Below are positions 46,837 through 55,921 of a DNA stretch of 64,000 nucleotides, in pieces. A program made the translations under genes and the position numbers. The DNA is from an uncultured delta proteobacterium (GTDB taxonomy: Bacteria > Desulfobacterota > Syntrophia > Syntrophales > UBA2185). The notes beneath the pieces are model-generated. The model did not search any database and was not told the DNA's origin. It saw only the letters and a list, made by a program, of their open reading frames with translations. How positions within the stretch are numbered: position 1 is the first letter of the stretch; every line of letters begins with the position of its first letter. The stretch lies in contig OY970063.1 in NCBI GenBank assembly GCA_963705275.1, positions 476,438 through 540,437 of the forward strand. The letters are read 5' to 3'.

Positions 46837-48051
46837 ATGACAACTGAATTGACATATGTAGTTATCACACCATACAGCCTCCTCAAGTCGAGGACCGGCA
46901 ATATCATAGCACGGCTCATGTCTCTCTCCGGCTGCGACCTGGTCGGTATCCGCATGATGCGGCCGTCGGATACGTTTGTAAATGAATATATACGGCGTGT
47001 GAAAAGTTTGAACATCCCCAAGGTGGGCAAGGCGCTCGTCGATTATATCGACCAGAATCTTCGGCCTGAAAATATCTTGAAACAGCAGAATCGCTGTTTG
47101 TTTCTTCTCTTCGAGGGCGCGGACGCTGTCGCGAGAATCTACGACGTTGTCGGTAAACTAACCACTGTGACGGAATCAGAGGCCAATCGCGGAACAATTC
47201 GCGGAACCTACAGCGACTATATCACCACCCCTGACGGAGCTGTCCGGTACTTCGAGCCGGCAGTCCTGTTGCCCACGAACCTTGAATATGCAAAGAACAA
47301 TCTGGAATTTTTCGCAAAGTTTGGATTCAGCGATTCCGGCATCTACGAAGAATGTTCCGAAGGAGAAACAACACTGGTCATCCTGAAGCCCGACAATTTC
47401 TTCAAGCATTCTGTCCGCCCGGGAAATATGATCGACATGTTTTCCAAGACGGGTCTCCGGATTGTCGGCGCCCGGATGATACGTATGAGCGCCGCCCAGG
47501 GCGAGGAGTTCTATGGATTCCTTCGCGACGTTTTCAAGAAGAAGCTGAGGCCACAGATCGTGGCCCATCTTAAACAGGGAATGGAGGGCCTCTTCAATTT
47601 CCAGATAACAGATGACGAATTCAATGCCATGGCTGAAGTCATTAGCGAAAAAAATGCCCTGTACGAATTTTCACAGATCGTAAAATACATGACCGGCCTC
47701 GACCCGAAAGATGTACCGCCGGCAGACCGAGACAAACCCGGGAAACACCTCGCGCTGGCGCTTCTTTACCGCGGCCTTAACGCAGTTGAAATAATACGTG
47801 AACGCCTGGGCGTAACCGATCCCGCAATCGCCGCAGAAGGAACTATCCGTTCCGATTTCGGCCAGAACATTGTGCAGAATGCGGCACATGCATCCGACTC
47901 CGTCGAAAATGCCGTCCGTGAAAGAAAAATCATCGGTCTCTATGACGATGCAGGCGACGACTGCAAGAGAATAATCGAAGACTGGCTGAAGGATGATCGT
48001 GGCAGTTCAATGCCCTTGAAGGAAACAGCGAGAATTCAAAAACAATTTTAA
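46837..48051 (+). CDS. tandem nucleoside-diphosphate-kinase-like protein (degenerate NDK plus catalytic NDK)
   Basis: The second half has TLVILKPDNF..., ...GTIRSDFGQNIVQNAAHASDSVENAVRE (the NxxH.SDS active-site His) and an insertion. The first half is NDK-like (YVVITPYSL..., RGTIRGTYSD) but lacks the His. Start taken at ATG 46837. Confidence 0.7.
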   Translation: MTTELTYVVITPYSLLKSRTGNIIARLMSLSGCDLVGIRMMRPSDTFVNEYIRRVKSLNIPKVGKALVDYIDQNLRPENILKQQNRCLFLLFEGADAVARIYDVVGKLTTVTESEANRGTIRGTYSDYITTPDGAVRYFEPAVLLPTNLEYAKNNLEFFAKFGFSDSGIYEECSEGETTLVILKPDNFFKHSVRPGNMIDMFSKTGLRIVGARMIRMSAAQGEEFYGFLRDVFKKKLRPQIVAHLKQGMEGLFNFQITDDEFNAMAEVISEKNALYEFSQIVKYMTGLDPKDVPPADRDKPGKHLALALLYRGLNAVEIIRERLGVTDPAIAAEGTIRSDFGQNIVQNAAHASDSVENAVRERKIIGLYDDAGDDCKRIIEDWLKDDRGSSMPLKETARIQKQF

Positions 48052-48155
48052 TGAAGGATTGCTTCTCAAGTATCGTGAGCTTTCAGAAGCGACTTAGCTG
48101 AACTCCGGCATGAACTGCCAGTTGCCCCGAAGGGTCTCATGTTGTAATCCTGCCT

Positions 48156-48790
48156 TTAGAAGACCGATGAACTCATTCGCGGGAAATGTAGCGAGCCCCC
48201 AATGCTTTCCAGATGGGCCGTATAAACCTGGCAATCCAAAAACTTAAATTTGAGTCCCTTCAATTTGTAGACCAGATCGATCAACGCCGCCTTTGATGCG
48301 TTGCTCATAAGCGAAAACATAGACTCGCCGAAAAAGCATCGCCCCAGCGATACACCGTAGATGCCGCCGACAAGTTTTTCCTCATGCCAGGCCTCTGCTG
48401 AATGGGCATTCCAAGATCGTGCAGTGTGCACAGTACGCCTCAAGCATGTCATCCGTAATCCAAGTGCCATTCTGTTCTCCTCCGCAATTTCTGACAAGAT
48501 AGAACGACTTCACGAAATTTATGATCGTACGTAATCCGAAAGATCCCTTGCCGTAATACCTTCTTCATGCTTCGGGAGACTCTGAGTTCTTCCAGAAATA
48601 ATACGAATCGCGGGTTGGGAGACCACCAGATGATGGGATCGCCTTCTGAATACCATGGGAAAATGCCCTGGCGGTAAGCCGTCGAGAAGCCTACCGGGCG
48701 AAAGGTCACCACCGATGGCAAGGATACCATTTCCCGATGTCAGCTGCACGGGAGGAAATTTATTTCGTCACCCAGTCGAAAAATCGGCAT
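48156..48790 (-). pseudogene. aat: leucyl/phenylalanyl-tRNA--protein transferase, multiply frameshifted
   Basis: Aat blocks are recovered only by hopping frames: MPIFRLGDEINF / GNGILAIGGDLSP / AYRQGIFPWYSEGDPIIWWSPNPR / [14 protein letters not shown] / LHDLG / [30 protein letters not shown]. Confidence 0.8.
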
Positions 48791-48907
48791 GAGATATTTA
48801 GTGCCAGACTCCCATAGCCCGATGGGCACTGTGAGGCGTTAAGTCATAACTCTGAGGTTTTGAAAAAGAGAATCTGCGCCCGTCGCAAGTGCTAAGTGAC
48901 CTAGGAT

Positions 48908-51183
48908 CTACTCTTCGAGAACCCGCACAGTGACATCATCACCTTCAATGTCCGCAAGAGCAGTGCCGCCTTCTTGCAGCTTCCCGAAAAGCACCTCATC
49001 CACAAAGAATCGTTTTATCTTGTCCTGGATCAGACGGGCAATCTCTCTTGCCCCGAATTCCTGGGAATAGCCTTTACGGGCAAGCCATTCATAACACCGG
49101 TCTGTAACCTTGAGGGTTACATTCTTTCTCCTGCAACTGAACGGAGAATTCACCGATCGCCTTTTTTACGATCATGAGCACTACTTCATGGGTAAGGCCG
49201 TTAAAGTTGACAACCCCATCAAGACGGTTTCTGAATTCAGGCGAAAAGATCCGCTCCACCGCCGTGAATACGGCGTCCCTGATTGACATTCTTGGCCTCA
49301 AATCCGATAATCTGCCTGCCGATCTCCCGCGCACCGGCATTCGATGTCATGAGTATGACTACGTTACGGAAATCTGCCTTCTTTCCGTTGTTGTCCGTCA
49401 GCGTCGCGTAGTCCATCACCTGGAGCAGATGTGTTGAAAATATCGGCATGAGCCTTCTCGATTTCATCAAGGAGCAAGACGGAATGGGGATTCTTTCTGA
49501 TAGCCTCGGTGAGCAGTCCACCTTCTTCGTAACCCACATAGCCCGGCGGCGCCCCCACAAACTTTGCAACGGTGTGCTTTTCCTGATATTCACTCATATC
49601 ATAGCGGTGCAGAGGCACTCCGAGAGTAGTGCAAGCTGTCGCGCAAGTTCGGTCTTTGCCCACACCCGTCGGGCCCACAAACAAGAGGGAGGCAACGGGT
49701 TTGTGAGGTTCACGGAAGCCCTACGCGTGAGCGCTTGATGGCATCCACTACCAGCTCAATCGCTTGATCCTGTCCGAAAATCTTACTCTTGAGGCTTGTC
49801 TCCAGATCCTTCAGCTTGTCCAAGCTCGGATGACGAAACGCTCTTTTCCGGTATTCTGGCTATCTTTGCATCAACCGCTTCGATATTATGAAGATCGACT
49901 ATCTTTTCTACGCCCTCATCGGCATCCTTCATATTAGCCAGAGCGCCGGCTTCATCGATTACATCGATTGCCTTGTCCGGAAGCCTTCGGTCATTGATAT
50001 ATTTGTCAGGATAATTCCGCGGCGCCCGAATGGCCTCTTCGGTATATGACACACGATGATATTCTTCGTATTTGCTTCTTGATACCCTGCAAGTATCTTC
50101 ACTGTATCATCTGTTGTCGGCTCCGATACCTCAATCTTTCTGGAACCTGCGGGAAAGAGCTCCATCCTTCTCAAAATATTTGCGGTATTCGTCGTATGTG
50201 GTGGAGCCGATGCACCGGAGCTTGCCTGAAGCAAGTGCGGGTTTCAGAATATTGGACGCATCCAGCGAACCGCCTGACACAGCCCCGGCGCCGACTATAT
50301 TATGAATCTCGTCGATGAACAGGATTACCTTTTCCTGTCTCTGAAGTTCAGCGATTACGCGTTTCATGCGCTCTTCAAAATCACCCCGAAATCTGGTGCC
50401 GGCAATGATCGCTCCCATATCCAGGGCGTATATCTTCGAATCCTTCAGTCGTTTCGGAACCTTCCCGTCAGCAATGAGCTGCGCCAGCCCTTCGGTTATG
50501 GCCGTTTTCCCAACCCCGGGCTCTCCGACATGGACAGGGTTATTCTTGAATCTTCGGCACAGGACCTGGATAGTCCTCTCAAGAATATCCTCCCGCCCTA
50601 TAAGGGGATCGATCTCTCCTGCTTTCGCCTTGGCAGTCAGTTCTGTCGTGAATGATTTCAGTATCTTGTTTTGCTCAGAATCCTTTTCTTTGGACTCTTG
50701 TTCAGGCTCACTTTCCTCTCGCTTCCTGCCCCGCTTTTGTACTTCCGTAGTTTCGGGAATAACAGAGACGCCGTGAGAGATATAATTGAGCAGGGAAAGT
50801 CGTGTGATGCCTTCTTTCTTGAGGAAAAATGAGGCATAGGACCCCTTTTCATCAAGAATTGAAACTAGAACATCTCCCAGTTCAACAATATCCTTCTGCG
50901 CAGAGGTGGTATGCCATACCGCTCTCTCCAGAACATTTTGAAAACCCAATGACTGGACGGATTGAGCCCCCTCCACAACCGGATTGCCCTCGCGGAGATG
51001 CTTTGCCAACACTCTTTTTAAATGTTCGGGATCGCCGCCGCATCTTTGGATGATGTCAGATCCGTCATCAAAGAAAAGCGCGGCATAGAGAAGGTGCTCA
51101 GGCGTTACGAACTCATGAGACCGCGTATTGGCCTCGGCATATGCGGCCATGATGATTTGATTCAGACTTTCACTTATCTTCAT
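48908..51183 (-). pseudogene. clpA: ATP-dependent Clp protease ATP-binding subunit ClpA; N-terminal ~349 codons in frame, remainder multiply frameshifted
   Basis: It is in frame from ATG 51183 to about 50137 (N-domain, Walker A GEPGVGKT, ...RRFQK). After that, ClpA blocks are scattered over all three frames: [15 protein letters not shown]; [17 protein letters not shown]; KYINDRRLPDKAIDVIDEAGA; IFGQDQAIELVVDAIKRSR; [11 protein letters not shown]; [12 protein letters not shown]...[10 protein letters not shown]; [23 protein letters not shown]; [12 protein letters not shown]; EFGAREIARLIQ. The total length of 2276 nt is about that of a full-length ClpA. Confidence 0.85.
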
Positions 51184-51200
51184 TGTATTCCCCCTGTCGA

Positions 51201-51524
51201 TCAGGCCTCTTCCAATGAGCACTTCAGGGGAAATTCTTTCAGCTTCGCCATCCTATGGACCTGCGCTGCTTTCGTGGCGGCAATATCATAGGTATACACA
51301 CCACATGCCCCGGCCCCTTTCTTATGGACGTCGAGCATTATTTTGGTGGCTTCCGCCGCTGGCTTATGGAACACAAGTATCAGAACTTCGACGACAAATT
51401 CCATTGTCGTATAATGATCATTATGAAGTATGACCCGATACATCTTCGGTTCTTGGAGGACCGTATCGGGATCTAACTTGACATCTCTGTCATCCATTGA
51501 ATCAGGATCACGATATTTCGACAT
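51201..51524 (-). CDS. clpS: ATP-dependent Clp protease adaptor ClpS
   Basis: [21 protein letters not shown]... is the ClpS core. ATG 51524 is preceded by GAGGG. The stop is 17 nt upstream of the clpA start. Confidence 0.9.
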   Translation of the reverse strand: MSKYRDPDSMDDRDVKLDPDTVLQEPKMYRVILHNDHYTTMEFVVEVLILVFHKPAAEATKIMLDVHKKGAGACGVYTYDIAATKAAQVHRMAKLKEFPLKCSLEEA

Positions 51525-52103
51525 ATATCCCTCAAACTGCACATCAGTAGTTTGCCTTCTAGTAAATCTACAACACTAATATAGAACACAGGAGGCTGAC
51601 TGTCAATGTCGTTATTGGGCTCCTGGAAACGCTGTAAACTTGGATAATTAGATATTCAGACAATCTCATGCCTTTTTTTGCGATGACAGGGATGCCCCCT
51701 TTTCATGATATCAGGGTGGTTTCCGTCTATCCGATAATTTTGTATTATATGATAGCCCCCCTATCTGCAAAGCTTCGGATTTTGCGAACTCGCCGCGACA
51801 TAGGGCAAGACCACCAATCTGCCAGATAGGTACTTGAGGGAGATATATTTTGCCTTTGTATCCGTTAATTTCTATGCTAAAAAATCTGAGCCGTTAAATA
51901 TGCTCAACAAATTGAATCCTTCGGTTCTTTTGCTGCAGTGTCCGTACTTGCAACAAGAAACGATGCAGGATATATTTCAGCTATCTAAGATTAGAGCGGC
52001 TTTGCAACTGGTTTGCGAAATAACAAATTAAGCTTAATTGCCCAATCACAGGACAGCATGCATAGCTCGTGTAAAGATAGAATAGGTCTTTAGGGGGTAC
52101 CCG

Positions 52104-53585
52104 ATGAACAAATTGACCGTCGCTCTGCCGTTCAGCTTGCACTCCGGTTTTGAAAAGACGCTCCGACTCTTCCTTCAATCACAGCTGATTGACGAAGTGT
52201 TTATACTCCATGAGGGCGCCTTCAAGCCGCCATGGCCGAAGTGCAAAGTTATAAGAGCATCATCCCTTTCCTCCGGCAGGGTATTGAACAACCTCATAAA
52301 AAGAGTCAGAACGGATTTTCTCATGATGATCGTGGAACCCGAGGAAATGGAGATTCCGCCCGGCACGCTCGACCGTCTTATTGAAGTGGCGGAAAAAACG
52401 GATTCTGGCATGATCTATTCCGACTACCTGGTAAAGGAACAGGGCGACCTTGTTGAACATCCCGTCAATGACTATCAACTGGGAAGCATCCGTGACGAAT
52501 TTGATTTCGGATACTTGATCATGTTCTCTGTATCTGCAATCAGACGTGCATTAAGAAAATACGGCCCCGTACCTGACGTCGTTCATGCAGGATTGTATGA
52601 CCTGCGCTTGAAGGTTTCTGTCGACCAAAGTCTTTTCCATATTCAGGAATTCCTCTACACGAAGAAAGGATCAGACACCGACGCGGACAAAGACAGATCG
52701 AAGCGTGAAAACCATTTTAATTATGTCGATCCGCGTAACCAGGCCGTGCAAAAAGAATTGGAAATGGTTGCAACAGAGCATTTAAAAAATATCGGCGCCT
52801 TCTTGGAACCGCGCTTTAAAAATATGCCTCAACCTCGCTATGATTTCCCCGTTGAGGCAAGTATCATAATTCCCGTCCGCAACCGGGTGGGGACAATTAC
52901 AGATGCGGTGCATAGTGCTTTGACGCAGGAGACTAACTTTCCGTGCAACGTAATTGTTGTGGACAATCATTCCACTGATGGAACCACGCCCCTCCTTACT
53001 GAACTTGCCGGGAGTAATCCTGCTGTGAAGCATGTCATTCCGTCGCGATCTGATCTAACTATCGGCGGTTGCTGGAACGAAGCAATCTTCTCAGAATTCT
53101 GCGGCCGCTATGCCGTACAATTGGACTCGGACGATGTTTATAAGAGCCCCGCGACATTGCAGATGATCATCGACGTTATGAGAAGCGGAGACTTTGCCAT
53201 GGTCATCGGTTCTTATACACTCGTCAATGAAGCGCTGCAGGAGATTCCGCCCGGCATAATCAACCATAAGGAATGGACGGATGACAACGGACGCAACAAT
53301 GCACTGCGCGTAAACGGACTGGGCGCGCCGCGCGCCTTTGATACTGCTCTTCTTCGCAGCTTCCGCTTTCTCAATGTGGGTTACGGAGAAGACTATGCTA
53401 TGGCCCTCCGATTATCGAGAGAATATCGAGTAGGCAGAATTTATGAGAGCCTCTATCTATGCCGGCGGTGGGCAGGCAATACGGACGCTCGCATCTCCAT
53501 TGAGAAGAGTAACCGCCATGATGCGTTTAAAGACAAAATTCGAACTATCGAAATCATGGCTCGTCAGAAGCTGACGGCGAAATGA
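52104..53585 (+). CDS. family 2 glycosyltransferase with an extra N-terminal GT-A-like domain
   Basis: 493 aa. The C-terminal half has IIIPVRNR...NVIVVDNHSTDGT and the DxD-type QLDSDD. The N-terminal ~240 aa is unassigned. GGGGG/SD-like sequence lies upstream. Confidence 0.85.
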   Translation: MNKLTVALPFSLHSGFEKTLRLFLQSQLIDEVFILHEGAFKPPWPKCKVIRASSLSSGRVLNNLIKRVRTDFLMMIVEPEEMEIPPGTLDRLIEVAEKTDSGMIYSDYLVKEQGDLVEHPVNDYQLGSIRDEFDFGYLIMFSVSAIRRALRKYGPVPDVVHAGLYDLRLKVSVDQSLFHIQEFLYTKKGSDTDADKDRSKRENHFNYVDPRNQAVQKELEMVATEHLKNIGAFLEPRFKNMPQPRYDFPVEASIIIPVRNRVGTITDAVHSALTQETNFPCNVIVVDNHSTDGTTPLLTELAGSNPAVKHVIPSRSDLTIGGCWNEAIFSEFCGRYAVQLDSDDVYKSPATLQMIIDVMRSGDFAMVIGSYTLVNEALQEIPPGIINHKEWTDDNGRNNALRVNGLGAPRAFDTALLRSFRFLNVGYGEDYAMALRLSREYRVGRIYESLYLCRRWAGNTDARISIEKSNRHDAFKDKIRTIEIMARQKLTAK

Positions 53586-54592
53586 GGACGAACATGGATC
53601 CCCTCTTGCAGGAAAGAATATCGGCCTCATTTGACGGGAAAGCGCTTGGGCCGTCTCTGTCAGCGCTTTGCCGCAATCTCCTCCAGGAGCAAAAAACCTC
53701 ATGGCGTGATCTTTGTCTGGGATATGAAGCTCTCCGAAGCGTACGGGTAAAGGAACTCCGTTGCAACGGCTTTTCCGTGAGGCTCCATCATAATCCCGCA
53801 AGAATCAAGAGCACTACTGCCCCGGTTGATCAGAAATCCATCGATAAGAGACCTTGTTTTCTCTGTCTCGAAAATCTCCCTGAACCGCAGCGTGGCATCT
53901 TGTATAGGGAGGATTTTATCGTTCTCTGCAATCCCTTTCCCATCTGTCCGGAGCACTATACAATTGCGCACATCGCTCATGGTCCGCAGTCGTTTGAAGG
54001 AATGGTTTCCACATTTCTAAAAATGACAAAGGACTTCAGCCCGGATTTCAATGTGTTTTACAACGGCCCGGAAAGCGGCGCATCCGCACCGGACCACCTG
54101 CACTTTCAGGCGACTCCTCGGGGAATACTGCCGATTGAGAAAGAAATCGTGGATAGGGCAAGACTGGCATTAGTCAAATGTATTCATGCCATTCCTCTTT
54201 TCAGAGCAAAAAATGTGGGGAGGGAAGTTATTATTGTGGAAGGAGAAGATTCCGCTGCAATCGGCGATGCCTTGACAAGCATCGTCTCGGCCATGAAGAG
54301 TGTCCTATCGTCACCGGCAGAACCGCAGATGAATCTGCTCGGCTCATATGAGAAAAACACATGGCGAATCCTAATATTCCCGCGCCGGAGGCATCGCCCC
54401 TCTGTCTACTTTTTGCCGGGCAACGAAAGGATTTTGATCTCGCCGGGACTGGTAGAGATGGGAGGTATCATCGTAACGCCCATAGGAAAAGATTTTGACA
54501 TGGTCGACGAGGAACTGATTAGGAAAATTTACGCGGAAGTCTCAGTCGGCGAAGAAACCATTCAAAAAATACTGGAAGTCCTATCCCTTTGA
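53582..54592 (+). CDS. HIT-superfamily (GalT branch, HxHxQ) nucleotidyl phosphorylase/transferase-like protein, DUF4922-like
   Basis: YNGPESGASAPDHLHFQ matches the NxG..SGAS..HxHxQ signature of Ap4A phosphorylase / GDP-L-galactose phosphorylase-type enzymes. The ATG overlaps the GT2 stop (ATGA). Confidence 0.6.
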   Translation: MRTNMDPLLQERISASFDGKALGPSLSALCRNLLQEQKTSWRDLCLGYEALRSVRVKELRCNGFSVRLHHNPARIKSTTAPVDQKSIDKRPCFLCLENLPEPQRGILYREDFIVLCNPFPICPEHYTIAHIAHGPQSFEGMVSTFLKMTKDFSPDFNVFYNGPESGASAPDHLHFQATPRGILPIEKEIVDRARLALVKCIHAIPLFRAKNVGREVIIVEGEDSAAIGDALTSIVSAMKSVLSSPAEPQMNLLGSYEKNTWRILIFPRRRHRPSVYFLPGNERILISPGLVEMGGIIVTPIGKDFDMVDEELIRKIYAEVSVGEETIQKILEVLSL

Positions 54593-55149
54593 CACTTATG
54601 AACTTGACCGCCATTGTTGACAGCAGGATGACATTTGAGCAGGCCATTGCCGGCACAAGGGCACCCCGCGAGATAATTGGCAAATTATGCCTGGTCGAAG
54701 TGCGCTACCGGGCATTCGACGGCCGATTACACCAGGGACAACTCATCGTTCACCAAGAGGTGAAAACGGACATTATGGAAATTTTTAGCCTGCTTGAGCA
54801 GAGCGCGTTTCCCGTTCATCAGGTTATACCGATCGTGAAGTACGACTGGTCTGATGACCTGTCGATGGCAGACAATAATACATCTGCCTTCAATTACCGA
54901 TTGGTTCTGGGCACCGATAGGTTATCAAACCATGCATTTGGAAAGGCTGTGGATATCAACCCTTATTTGAACCCTGTGATAGATGAGGACGGCCGGATTG
55001 ACCCTCCAGGTGCCAGCTATATTCCCGAGAGGGCAGGAACATTTGGCGATTCACACCCTGTCGTGCAAGAATTCCTGAATCGGGGATGGCGCTGGGGAGG
55101 GCATTTCAGGCCGAAGATAGACTACCACCATTTTGATAAGCCGGCATAG
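54589..55149 (+). CDS. M15-family (LAS) zinc peptidase, VanY/D-Ala-D-Ala carboxypeptidase-like, no signal peptide
   Basis: SNHAFGKAVDINP (SxHxxGxAxD) and the C-terminal DYHHFD are present. The TTG start overlaps the previous stop (TTGA). An in-frame ATG alternative lies at 54598. Confidence 0.75.
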   Translation: MTLMNLTAIVDSRMTFEQAIAGTRAPREIIGKLCLVEVRYRAFDGRLHQGQLIVHQEVKTDIMEIFSLLEQSAFPVHQVIPIVKYDWSDDLSMADNNTSAFNYRLVLGTDRLSNHAFGKAVDINPYLNPVIDEDGRIDPPGASYIPERAGTFGDSHPVVQEFLNRGWRWGGHFRPKIDYHHFDKPA

Positions 55150-55921
55150 CGCGCCCAACCATGATTCCCGCCATCACATTTCTTGTCGAAAGGTACTTAC
55201 TCAGTGTGACGTCGGAGATAACAACTCTTTTCTCCGCTTCCGATGCATGCAGGAGATGAATCCTGCTTCCCAAGCGGACGGCAAGACCGACGTGCATGAC
55301 GTCCAATCCCTTTATGTCCGTAGTAATCGCAATCAAATCCCCATTCTCGGCCATGTCTTCGAACTTTCCTAACGCAGCTTTCGGAATATGATGCAGTATT
55401 CTCCTGGACAGGCGCCTTTCAATGCCCATCATTTCCCGATAAGGTTTCTCCAAGTTCAAGACGGGATATTCTTCCCGATGCCCTGTCATAAAATTAAAAT
55501 TCTTCCGGAATGGTTCCCCACCGGACCTGCAGGTGACATTCTTTAATATCCTTTTTTGCTCGTTGTCATAGAGCCAGTCGGAAAAATAATGGAGACGCGA
55601 GGAATATCCCTTCGTTATGCCGTGGCGGTAACGAATCTTTTTGAGCCGCGCGGCATAGCCCCTGAAATGGGCTTTGCCCCTTCCTATCATCCCTGCCAGG
55701 GCGATAACATTTTCCGCAAAGGTGAAGCAGTCAAATTCTCTTAGATTTATGACGAGGGCCTCCTTCCCCCGCCTTTCAAGCGTGTTGCTCGCGTATGGAA
55801 AACCCAGAAAATACTTTCCCACGCCCAGCATCACCTCGCCGATCGATCTCGCTCCTTCGTCCTTACAAAGGGATCTCACAAGACCATCATAAATGACGCG
55901 ATCTTCAGGCTGATAAATCAC
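55106..55921 (-). CDS. DUF1460-like (N-acetylmuramoyl-L-alanine amidase-like) protein
   Basis: 271 aa. ...GKYFLGFPYASNTLE...LVINLREFDCFTFAENVIAL... is recalled as the DUF1460 pattern. It has no signal peptide, and its start overlaps the upstream gene stop. Confidence 0.55.
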   Translation of the reverse strand: MIYQPEDRVIYDGLVRSLCKDEGARSIGEVMLGVGKYFLGFPYASNTLERRGKEALVINLREFDCFTFAENVIALAGMIGRGKAHFRGYAARLKKIRYRHGITKGYSSRLHYFSDWLYDNEQKRILKNVTCRSGGEPFRKNFNFMTGHREEYPVLNLEKPYREMMGIERRLSRRILHHIPKAALGKFEDMAENGDLIAITTDIKGLDVMHVGLAVRLGSRIHLLHASEAEKRVVISDVTLSKYLSTRNVMAGIMVGRAMPAYQNGGSLSSA

